Part shown: piece after piece, positions 1 through 6,714 of the stretch
How the letters are laid out: each line of letters starts with the position of its first letter
Numbering within the stretch: the stretch's first letter is position 1
Virus record (IMG/VR): IMGVR_UViG_3300027808_000017
Span: 64,001-80,133 of that record
Strand: one strand, 5' to 3'
DNA: 16,133 nt
Source: a virus
Taxonomy: Duplodnaviria; Heunggongvirae; Uroviricota; Caudoviricetes
Translations under genes and position numbers: made by a program
The notes under the pieces: generated by a model
Databases searched by the model: none
What the model was told of the DNA's origin: nothing
What the model saw: only the letters and a program-made list of their open reading frames with translations

Positions 1-213
1 ATTACTTATGACAGTTAGTTTTTCGTTAAGGTCTTGATTTGATTTCATGACCGTGTATATAGTCATTAGTTTGCTTATACTAGCAATACTAACTTCTTTT
101 TCACTGAGAGAGCCTGAGATAACTCTATCATGTGTTACGTTGTACACTACAGTGTTTGGCTCAGCAAATGAGAATAGTGGCAGAAATAATAATATGATTA
201 AAATGTTTCGCAT
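1..213 (-). CDS. Secreted D-alanyl-D-alanine peptidase (peptidase S11 / PBP7-like), 5' part only, runs off the left edge
   Basis: Not in the ORF track. Manual translation from ATG at 213: MRNILIILLFLPLFSFAEPNTVVYNVTHDRVISGSLSEKEVSIASISKLMTIYTVMKSNQDLNEKLTVISN. It has a signal-peptide-like N-terminus and an IASISKLMT SxxK catalytic motif. Confidence 0.8.
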   Translation of the reverse strand, partial: MRNILIILLFLPLFSFAEPNTVVYNVTHDRVISGSLSEKEVSIASISKLMTIYTVMKSNQDLNEKLTVISN

Positions 214-275
214 AGAATATTTAGTATATCACGAAACCGTCACAATTCACAGCAACATGGACAACCTGTATAGCC

Positions 276-302
276 AAAAAAATAGACCCCGAAGGGTCTA
301 TT
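276..302 (-). terminator. Intrinsic terminator after the metallophosphoesterase
   Basis: Minus strand AATAGACCC-TTCG-GGGTCTATT followed by a T run, at the stop codon; cUUCGg tetraloop. Confidence 0.85.
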
Positions 303-904
303 TACATTGTAGGACCATTTCCTGATTTGAATCCTACTATCCCACCTTCGTCTTTGATGCGTTTTATAACATCTTCAAACAATATAGGTCTAAAGTCTGT
401 TTGTTCTACACATACGCAATGATATCTAGTATCGATTTCATCACTGTACAACATAGTACCAGTTTTAACATCATATCCACGGGGCTTTTTAACACGATTA
501 CTGTGCAAATGACCATGAATGTTGACACCAAAACGTCCCAAACTTTCTTCATGTACAGGTATATGACTCAATATCATACCGTTCATAACGTGATAGGCTC
601 GCAATTCACGGAAGTGTTCACGATATTCCTCGTCACGGAAAATGTCATGGTTACCACGAATCAATACCTTGTCACCGTTCAACCGATGTAATGTCTTTAA
701 TGCTTTGCGGTTAATAACTACATCACCCAAGTGATAAACTTTATCACTAGGCTTAACAGTTTCGTTCCATGCCTTGACTATAGCCTCGTCCATTTCATCT
801 GGATCAGTCCACGGGCGAATCTTCGTCACTCCGTCACTTTCAGTGAATCTACACACTCCAGCATGACCAAAGTGAGTGTCACTAACTAAAAATACTGATG
901 GCAT
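302..904 (-). CDS. Calcineurin-like metallophosphoesterase
   Basis: 200 aa with the motifs SDTHFGH, HLGDV, RGNHD, SH and HGHLH in canonical order. Confidence 0.9.
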   Translation of the reverse strand: MPSVFLVSDTHFGHAGVCRFTESDGVTKIRPWTDPDEMDEAIVKAWNETVKPSDKVYHLGDVVINRKALKTLHRLNGDKVLIRGNHDIFRDEEYREHFRELRAYHVMNGMILSHIPVHEESLGRFGVNIHGHLHSNRVKKPRGYDVKTGTMLYSDEIDTRYHCVCVEQTDFRPILFEDVIKRIKDEGGIVGFKSGNGPTM

Positions 905-913
905 AATAACTCC

Positions 914-1129
914 TTAAACTCGTTCTTTCTTTACTCGACCAATACGGCTAGCCTTGTTCCAATCGTAAGCAACACCGTCTGGGCACTTACCATCACTGAC
1001 ACTATCTACACCAAACACACCGCAAACTTCAAATTCGTCTCCCTTGATGGTTACGAACACATTCAATGCCTTAGCATGTGCCATTGCCAAATCAAGTGTT
1101 GAAAATTCTTTTTCTTCTATTTTATACAT
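914..1129 (-). CDS. Hypothetical protein (71 aa)
   Basis: Tightly packed ORF with AAGGAA upstream; no family recognised. Confidence 0.7.
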   Translation of the reverse strand: MYKIEEKEFSTLDLAMAHAKALNVFVTIKGDEFEVCGVFGVDSVSDGKCPDGVAYDWNKASRIGRVKKERV

Positions 1130-1138
1130 TCATTTCCT

Positions 1139-1498
1139 TTATGCTAACATCCATGATTCATCTTGGTCTTTATATTCTATTGATTCATTACCATCATATT
1201 CTGCTATTCTAAACATTCTACCTTCTTTAACCCATTCAACTTCTAAATCTTTTAAACCACCTAGATATACATCAGGGTATTTCAATACCATAAAAGTTTC
1301 AAGTTCTTCAAATTTTCCTGCTGTTACCATGTGAACTATTGCTGGATCAAAAACTAGTTCAGGATATTGACGATTCCAACTGTACCATCCAGCACCAAAT
1401 CCAGGGCTATACACCACTGCAACAGCTCCAGCAACAACTACTTTACCTGTGTAAAGTTCGTCTGCTACTTCAACCTTGTCTCTCAACATAACTTCCAT
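1139..1498 (-). CDS. Hypothetical phage-type protein (119 aa)
   Basis: TAATG overlap with the upstream phosphatase stop; YSPGFGAGWYSWN motif; function unknown. Confidence 0.75.
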   Translation of the reverse strand: MEVMLRDKVEVADELYTGKVVVAGAVAVVYSPGFGAGWYSWNRQYPELVFDPAIVHMVTAGKFEELETFMVLKYPDVYLGGLKDLEVEWVKEGRMFRIAEYDGNESIEYKDQDESWMLA

Positions 1499-1992
1499 TA
1501 TACATCACCTTTATATTTTTTAGGTATAATCAATCCACTGTCTAATGTCACGCCATTGATAGTATGAGGTTCATTCTCATCATACGTCAATCCTAACACA
1601 CTCATCATTTTATGTTTCACTAACAAGTTTGGACTACGATAATCTTCTGTATCATCAAAGCCCATCATTATCCCAACCTCTGTTACTGCACCTGAACGAC
1701 ATACACCTGCGATACAATGCACAATTACATTACTACGATTAAGCAATGCTTGCTTTAGTATGATAACCAAACTCTTGGCTTGTTCATCGGTTATTTTCAT
1801 TTCAGGTTCAATACATTCATCCTCTTTTTCTAAATCTAAGAATTCAAATTGATGAACATTATTGAATTTGTATTTGGGTTCAGGGAATTCCATACCACAA
1901 TCAACAATCTGAATCAACACATTGTTGATACCTGGATCATAGTGTTTACCTTTTACGATATCACTCAGTGCTACATTTTGAATCCACGGCAT
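1498..1992 (-). CDS. Protein-tyrosine/dual-specificity-fold (CX5R) phosphatase, 164 aa
   Basis: VHCIAGVCRS P-loop. Start moved to MPWIQ (1992) because AAGGAG precedes it and the longer ORF start overlaps a consensus promoter. Confidence 0.8.
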   Translation of the reverse strand: MPWIQNVALSDIVKGKHYDPGINNVLIQIVDCGMEFPEPKYKFNNVHQFEFLDLEKEDECIEPEMKITDEQAKSLVIILKQALLNRSNVIVHCIAGVCRSGAVTEVGIMMGFDDTEDYRSPNLLVKHKMMSVLGLTYDENEPHTINGVTLDSGLIIPKKYKGDV

Positions 1993-2013
1993 GTTTTTCT
2001 CCTTCATTAGAGT

Positions 2014-2042
2014 ATTATATATGATTTGGGGATTATTGTCAA
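2014..2042 (-). promoter_or_regulatory. sigma70-type promoter
   Basis: TTGACA (2042-2037), 17-nt spacer, TATAAT (2019-2014). Confidence 0.85.
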
Positions 2043-2053
2043 GCGCAGAAAGT

Positions 2054-2148
2054 AACACCCTAGGTGCGCTAAAAAGTATTAATATATAAAGAACATGGAG
2101 TTGTTAGTAAAAACTCATCCGTATATGCGAGGGTTTATCTAGGGTGTT
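2054..2148 (-). repeat. 10-bp inverted repeat closing an AT-rich spacer
   Basis: AACACCCTAG at 2054-2063 and CTAGGGTGTT at 2139-2148; overlaps the end of element A. Confidence 0.5.
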
Positions 2149-2230
2149 TATATAAGCACACAATATCTCTTTCGCTTAGTAGAGCCTGTCTTATCGGGCA
2201 GGGTACTGATATAGTATACTTATATAAACA
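2145..2230 (-). ncRNA. Candidate structured RNA, long-terminal-stem element A
   Basis: TGTTTATATAAGTATAC pairs with GTGTGCTTATATAAACA (17 bp, two G-U on minus). Interior hairpins CCTG/CAGG and CTCT/AGAG. Confidence 0.5.
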
Positions 2231-2248
2231 GATGCCTTTCGGCATCTG
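2229..2248 (-). terminator. GC-rich hairpin, probable terminator of the TROVE-like gene
   Basis: CAGATGCC-GAAA-GGCATCTG then TTTAT, 15 nt after the stop. The U tract is short. Confidence 0.65.
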
Positions 2249-2263
2249 CTACTACTATTTAGC

Positions 2264-3691
2264 TTAAGCTAGGTCGTAGCGATCCTTCATAACGGTCTTC
2301 AACATGATTGCTTCCGGTGAGAAGTCATCCATGTTACCAGAAAGAATACCTTGTGCAACTGCTGGGCTAAATCCGGAGACTAGCGCAACACCTGCCTTGT
2401 TAAACTTAACTGGTGCGTTACCGTATGCGGCATTCAAGTTCCAGAATACTACCTTAGGTAGTTCGTAACCTGCTGCCTCGTACTTACGTGCTATCATTTC
2501 GATTGCAGAGTCATCGTGATGAACACCTGCATCAAATTGCATGTCACTGAAGATAACGATTGTACCTGGCATTTCTGCTTGAGGGACACTGTTATCTACC
2601 GCAGTCTTAAGCACTAAATCAAATGCCTTGTTCAAGTCGGTGTTAGCAACTTCACCAGTGTTCATTTGGTCAATCTTTTGATTGATGTTACCCTTTAGAG
2701 TAACCAGCTTTGGAGTACGACTAAAAGTCAAGAATGTATCCTTAAACTTACCAGTGTTCTTGTCTGCAAAATACAATCCCAATGAGATTGCAACGTCCAA
2801 ACAAGACAAAGTACTCTTGCTATCACGACCACCAACAAGACAAGTCATAGAACCTGAACTATCAACCATTGGCAACACGTTGGCATCACCGATGAAGTTT
2901 GGAAGTGCATCCCATTGGGCTTGCATTGCGTCCAATTCAGTCTTAGTCATTGCACTACGACCGTACTTGTTGATAGCACCCTTCAATACATCGTAAGGAT
3001 ATACAGCACCAGCGTTAATCTTAGCACCATCTTCGCCCTTAACCAACTTAGTTACGTATTCAGCATAAGTTGTACCATGACGACCAAAAGCCTTCTTGTA
3101 ACGTGCATGTGCCACTGATGGTACATGGTTGTAGTTGATGTTATCCCAATCGTTGGCACACATTTGTGTTTCAACAACATTGGTTAGTGCAACAAGGCTC
3201 TTACGATATATCTTCGGAGTCATACCAAAGAATTCACGGATTTCACGTGCAACATCGCCCTTACGCGGTGTCCACTTTGCAGCCAATCCATTACGATTAC
3301 GCAATGCATTGCCTAACATAGTGTATGCTTGTTCCTTAAGAGTCTTAGTCTTAAACACAAGCAAGTCATCGTAACGACCCAATTCAGGAACCTTAACCAA
3401 TAGACGGCTAGCATCTTCTGGGTTAGTTAGTTCCAAGTGAATTAGTACTTGACGAAATAATTCACGTTCGCCGGATCCACCACGTGCATCACGTGCCCAT
3501 TGAACAATACGTAATGCTAGGTCAGAATTTTCTACATAAGCCGCAGTGAATGCGGGTATAATGTTCTTACCACGGCTTGCACCGATGTTATAGAACAAGT
3601 CAACGCAAGCATTTGCAGTTGACTTACGTGCCTTCATACCGTTTGTGGTACGAACTTCTTGGTTTGCTACTGCTTCTACAAATGTTGACAT
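2264..3691 (-). CDS. DUF2828-family / TROVE(Ro60)-like helical domain plus vWA protein, 475 aa
   Basis: N-terminal WARDARGGSGERELFR, LGRYDDL and LAAKWTPR motifs. C-terminal vWA with MIDAS-like DSSGS, FSDMQFD, VFWNL and VSGFSP. AGGAG RBS. Confidence 0.8.
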   Translation of the reverse strand: MSTFVEAVANQEVRTTNGMKARKSTANACVDLFYNIGASRGKNIIPAFTAAYVENSDLALRIVQWARDARGGSGERELFRQVLIHLELTNPEDASRLLVKVPELGRYDDLLVFKTKTLKEQAYTMLGNALRNRNGLAAKWTPRKGDVAREIREFFGMTPKIYRKSLVALTNVVETQMCANDWDNINYNHVPSVAHARYKKAFGRHGTTYAEYVTKLVKGEDGAKINAGAVYPYDVLKGAINKYGRSAMTKTELDAMQAQWDALPNFIGDANVLPMVDSSGSMTCLVGGRDSKSTLSCLDVAISLGLYFADKNTGKFKDTFLTFSRTPKLVTLKGNINQKIDQMNTGEVANTDLNKAFDLVLKTAVDNSVPQAEMPGTIVIFSDMQFDAGVHHDDSAIEMIARKYEAAGYELPKVVFWNLNAAYGNAPVKFNKAGVALVSGFSPAVAQGILSGNMDDFSPEAIMLKTVMKDRYDLA

Positions 3692-3715
3692 ATTGTACTC
3701 CTTCCGTGTGTGTTA

Positions 3716-3773
3716 TGCAACAGGATACGCTTTTTTTCATTATGCTTGAAATTAAAGTTGCTGAAAGTATCCT
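3716..3773 (-). ncRNA. CAGCAA element 1 (5' leader of the TROVE-like gene)
   Basis: AGGATAC-TTT-CAGCAAC...GTATCCT-GTTG; perfect 7-bp closing stem (3767-3773 with 3722-3728). Confidence 0.6.
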
Positions 3774-3781
3774 AAAAAAGA

Positions 3782-3810
3782 ATTATATCACTGTTTGGAT
3801 ATAATGTAAA
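3782..3810 (-). promoter_or_regulatory. sigma70-type promoter for element 1 and the TROVE-like gene
   Basis: TTTACA (3810-3805), 17 nt, TATAAT (3787-3782), with TG extended -10. Confidence 0.8.
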
Positions 3811-3825
3811 TGTGTTTTGGATAAA

Positions 3826-4031
3826 CGGGATGTTCGTGACAGTTAGTTTATTTTCTGGACCAACCAATTATGTCACTCGGTCCATATCAACAATTCATGT
3901 TGACTATCTAGTACTTGTGTCTGCTACTAGAAACATAGAATGTCTTTCCAATCTGTCACCTATTCCTTCATGTCTTACGACTAACTTCAATAGTATTAGC
4001 TGTAGTTGTTTAAATTGCTGAAATCATCCCA
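3826..4031 (-). ncRNA. CAGCAA element 2 (~205 nt)
   Basis: GGGATG-ATTT-CAGCAA...CATCCC-GTT. Interior helices GTGACAG/CTGTCAC, TCTAGTA/TACTAGA, TCAACA/TGTTGA and TGGACC/GGTCCA. Confidence 0.65.
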
Positions 4032-4039
4032 GTAAAATT

Positions 4040-4174
4040 TTAAATTACTTCAAAATCTTCTTTGCCTACACCGCATTCGGGGCAGACATAAGTGTCTGGA
4101 AGTTCATTCCATGCACCTTCTAGTTCTTCATCGTGTACGTGACCGCATACGATACATACATGTTCTTCACTCAT
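4040..4174 (-). CDS. Rubredoxin (44 aa)
   Basis: Not in the ORF track. MSEEHVCIVCGHVHDEELEGAWNELPDTYVCPECGVGKEDFEVI has two CxxCG knuckles; ATGA overlap with rubrerythrin. Confidence 0.9.
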   Translation of the reverse strand: MSEEHVCIVCGHVHDEELEGAWNELPDTYVCPECGVGKEDFEVI

Positions 4175-4638
4175 TCTAAACTCTCCAAAACTTGTTGATA
4201 GCCTTCAGCATGTCGTTTTTCAACTTTAGCCAATGCCGCAAATCGTTTCTCTGCTTTAGCCAATAAAGTCTTAAACTGTTCAGCATGTGCAGAACTTTCA
4301 ACAATCTGGGTTCTAAACTCGTTTAATGCAATTTGGTTATTTTCTGCCTTAGCATCTTCTTCGAATCCCGGATACATTGTAGTGAACTCATATGTTTCAC
4401 CTTCAATTGCTTTCATCAAGCATTCTTTAGTTGTTGGCTTACCAATCAACAATTCTAAGTGACCCCACGCATGTAAAACTTCTTGAACAGCGGTGTGTTC
4501 AAAATGTCGTGCTACTTCTTCAAAGCCTTCTTCACGTGCAATTTTTGCAAAGTAGCGATACTTGATATGAGCCATTGACTCACCGGCTAATGCTGACTCA
4601 AGATTTTTTAGTGTGTTTGATATTTTATCAAATGGCAT
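4171..4638 (-). CDS. rbr: Rubrerythrin-family ferritin-like di-iron protein
   Basis: ALAGES, QEVLHA, EGETYE..MYPGF and ESSAHA di-iron motifs; no C-terminal rubredoxin domain. Confidence 0.88.
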   Translation of the reverse strand: MPFDKISNTLKNLESALAGESMAHIKYRYFAKIAREEGFEEVARHFEHTAVQEVLHAWGHLELLIGKPTTKECLMKAIEGETYEFTTMYPGFEEDAKAENNQIALNEFRTQIVESSAHAEQFKTLLAKAEKRFAALAKVEKRHAEGYQQVLESLE

Positions 4639-4665
4639 ATTTTTTTTCCTTTTAAAAAATGATAG

Positions 4666-4830
4666 CAGGATCGTTGTTGACTGCTTGTTTAGCCAGGGCC
4701 ATCACACCTGGTTCGTTAGTCTTGCTTCAATAATACCCTTCAACGCTCGGTGTTTTTAAGCACTCTGCTCCAGTTACTACCGTAGTGTCTAACAGTCCAT
4801 AGTTAAGGAGTTTGTTGCTGTGCCGATCCT
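4666..4830 (-). ncRNA. CAGCAA element 3 (leader of rubrerythrin)
   Basis: AGGATCG-GCA-CAGCAAC...CGATCCT-GCT; perfect 7-bp closing stem (4824-4830 with 4667-4673). Interior GACTG/CAGTC and CCAGG/CCTGG. Confidence 0.65.
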
Positions 4831-4854
4831 AAAAATTAATCATTCAATACGTAT

Positions 4855-4883
4855 ATTATATATGAGTTTGTCTTTACCGTCAA
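4855..4883 (-). promoter_or_regulatory. sigma70-type promoter
   Basis: TTGACG (4883-4878), 17 nt, TATAAT (4860-4855). Confidence 0.8.
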
Positions 4884-4904
4884 TGACTTTTGGGCAAACT
4901 GTCT

Positions 4905-4992
4905 TGGCGGAAGCGGTGAGATTCGAACTCACGGAACCTTTCGATTCTCTAGTTTTCAAGACTAGCGCCATAGGCCACTCGACCACGCTTCC
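4905..4992 (-). tRNA. tRNA-Ser(TGA)
   Basis: Cloverleaf with long variable arm, loop CT-TGA-AA, G73, CCA. Confidence 0.95.
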
Positions 4993-5001
4993 TTTTAATG
5001 A

Positions 5002-5214
5002 TTAACGCTCAACCTTTTTGATTCGTTTTAGATATTCACGATTGATTAAACCTTCTTCAATCTCACGTAATGCGGTTACTGCATGACCATTTTTTGTTTT
5101 TACTTTCGGGCGATGACCTGCCGTTAATTCTCTAACACGTTGACTTGCTATAAGAATTAAATCGTATCTATTGCCTATAGCATTCACTGCGGCTTCACTT
5201 GTTTGTCTTGGCAT
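5002..5214 (-). CDS. rpoZ: RNA polymerase omega subunit homolog (70 aa)
   Basis: NRYDLILIASQRVREL...VTALREIEEG matches the omega signature. Start at MPRQ (5214) after AAGGA; the longer ORF start lies inside tRNA-Gly. Confidence 0.88.
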   Translation of the reverse strand: MPRQTSEAAVNAIGNRYDLILIASQRVRELTAGHRPKVKTKNGHAVTALREIEEGLINREYLKRIKKVER

Positions 5215-5232
5215 TATCGTCCTTGGGTTATT

Positions 5233-5307
5233 TGGAGCAGGATATCGGGTTCGAACCGATGACATTTTCGTTGGCAACGAAACATTCTACCACTGAATTA
5301 ATCCTGC
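5233..5307 (-). tRNA. tRNA-Gly(GCC)
   Basis: GCAGGAT/ATCCTGC acceptor, loop TT-GCC-AA, U73, CCA. Confidence 0.95.
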
Positions 5308-5314
5308 ATTTTTT

Positions 5315-5390
5315 TGGTACATCCTGACGGGCTCGAACCGCCGACATTTGCCGTGTAAAGGCAACGCTCTACCAACTGAGCTAAGGATGC
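5315..5390 (-). tRNA. tRNA-Val(TAC)
   Basis: Cloverleaf, loop TT-TAC-AC, CCA. Confidence 0.95.
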
Positions 5391-5395
5391 ATATA

Positions 5396-5593
5396 TCATT
5401 TCTTTAATGTTCCGCCAGTACACGAAGCATCTTCAAAAAATTGTTGTTGAACTTTTTTCTGATAGTCCTCCATGACTGGATCCTTCTCATTAATATTTTC
5501 TTCTTTTAAATCACGCTGAAAAATAGCATCCCAACGAGTATCATATTCTTGTTGAGATATGCTTATTGATCGTGGTGTACTACCTTTAGTCAT
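5396..5593 (-). CDS. Hypothetical protein (65 aa)
   Basis: Packed ORF with AAGGAA upstream. Confidence 0.7.
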   Translation of the reverse strand: MTKGSTPRSISISQQEYDTRWDAIFQRDLKEENINEKDPVMEDYQKKVQQQFFEDASCTGGTLKK

Positions 5594-5595
5594 AA

Positions 5596-5727
5596 TTATT
5601 TTCCTTGTCCTCTGTATGCTTTGAATGTCTTACGACGGCATTTGTTCATACTACTTGTTTTAGCTTTACCACCTTGACATGTTTTTTTAGTAATCACATG
5701 ACCTTTTGTATTACGACCTTGTGCCAT
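5596..5727 (-). CDS. Small basic protein (43 aa) ending YRGQGK
   Basis: Not in the ORF track. MAQGRNTKGHVITKKTCQGGKAKTSSMNKCRRKTFKAYRGQGK; TAATG overlap with the parvulin stop; 13 K/R and no acidic residue. Confidence 0.75.
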   Translation of the reverse strand: MAQGRNTKGHVITKKTCQGGKAKTSSMNKCRRKTFKAYRGQGK

Positions 5728-5999
5728 TATGCAATCCTTTGAATCAAGTGATAACCAAACTGAGTTTGAACAGGTTGACTTAAGCCGCCCACTTCTAATC
5801 CGTACGTAGCATCTTCAAACGGTTTAACCATTTGACCACGGCCAAATTCTCCCAAGTCGCCCCCATTGCGACCACTTGGACACTTGCTGTGTGCTTGTGC
5901 TAGTGTACTGAAATCTTCACCATTGTTTTTAACTTTGATGTATAAATCCATTGCATCACTTAGTGATTCTACTAAAATATGTTTTGCTCTTACTTGCAT
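5727..5999 (-). CDS. ppiC: Parvulin-type peptidyl-prolyl isomerase (90 aa)
   Basis: VRAKHILV, AQAHSKCPSG..GGDLGEF..GQMVKPFE and TQFGYHLI motifs. Start at 5999; the longer ORF begins inside tRNA-Pro. Confidence 0.92.
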   Translation of the reverse strand: MQVRAKHILVESLSDAMDLYIKVKNNGEDFSTLAQAHSKCPSGRNGGDLGEFGRGQMVKPFEDATYGLEVGGLSQPVQTQFGYHLIQRIA

Positions 6000-6019
6000 T
6001 AGTTTCTTTCTATAAATTT

Positions 6020-6096
6020 TGGTCGGAGTACAAGGATTCGAACCTTGGACCCCCTGGTCCCAAACCAGGTGCGCTACCAGACTGCGCCACACTCCG
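6020..6096 (-). tRNA. tRNA-Pro(TGG)
   Basis: CGGAGTG acceptor, loop TT-TGG-GA, CCA. Confidence 0.95.
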
Positions 6097-6336
6097 TTAT
6101 TCTTTCTTTCTTAAAATCATTCCAACATACGTGCCAAAAAATGCACCTATGCCTGCTGGAACTAATAACCAATAGTTAGTAGTATAATTGATAACTGCTA
6201 CACACGCGGTTATGAATACAACTGTCGCCCACACACTGGCTTTTGTTACTTGGTCATCTTGTACAGCTTTCAAGTAGTAAGTATAAAAGATATCCGTAAA
6301 AAATACAGCAAAAAAGGTTATAATATATTCTAGCAT
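6097..6336 (-). CDS. Small membrane protein (79 aa)
   Basis: About three hydrophobic segments and a basic C-terminus; stop abuts tRNA-Pro. Confidence 0.75.
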   Translation of the reverse strand: MLEYIITFFAVFFTDIFYTYYLKAVQDDQVTKASVWATVVFITACVAVINYTTNYWLLVPAGIGAFFGTYVGMILRKKE

Positions 6337-6352
6337 TTAAATGATTAGTTGT

Positions 6353-6427
6353 TGGTTGCAGGGGACGGAATCGCACCGCCGATCTTTAGCTTATGAGACT
6401 AACGAGATACTACTTCTCCACCCCGCG
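6353..6427 (-). tRNA. tRNA-Met(CAT), initiator-like
   Basis: C1:A72 mismatch, loop CT-CAT-AA, CCA. Lacks the three G-C pairs of the anticodon stem. Confidence 0.85.
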
Positions 6428-6448
6428 ATATATTTAGTTGTGTTTATG

Positions 6449-6523
6449 TGGTGCTTGATAAAAGATTTGAACTTTTGACCTCTTGCATGTCGAGCAAGCG
6501 CACTACCCCTGTGCTAATCAAGC
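6449..6523 (-). tRNA. tRNA-Val(GAC)
   Basis: Cloverleaf, loop TC-GAC-AT, CCA. Confidence 0.93.
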
Positions 6524-6525
6524 GA

Positions 6526-6714
6526 TTATTCGTTGTCAGTACTTTCAACTTTTTCAAAACGTAATTTGATTCCTTGACTTAAATCAAATCCATTTAACAA
6601 ACCAGAGTCTCTGTCTGCTTGTAATTCAGGCCAGATGAATGCAGGATCATACCTATCACCTAGTACTCTTACTGTTTTGTATAGTTTGTTGTTGATGTAA
6701 ATTTTTAACTTCAT
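6526..6714 (-). CDS. Hypothetical protein (62 aa)
   Basis: ORF between two tRNAs with an AAGGA RBS. Confidence 0.7.
   Translation of the reverse strand: MKLKIYINNKLYKTVRVLGDRYDPAFIWPELQADRDSGLLNGFDLSQGIKLRFEKVESTDNE

Noticed and set aside
47-325. 92-aa plus-strand ORF
   Set aside because: It is the antisense shadow of the SxxK peptidase and crosses a terminator.
401-3804. Plus-strand ORFs 401-691, 1044-1334, 1367-1567, 2682-2996, 2915-3118, 3135-3374 and 3577-3804
   Set aside because: All lie antisense to well-supported minus-strand genes and show no motifs.
3812-5005. Plus-strand ORFs 3812-4021 and 4820-5005
   Set aside because: They overlap CAGCAA element 2, a promoter and tRNA-Ser on the opposite strand; no coding signal.
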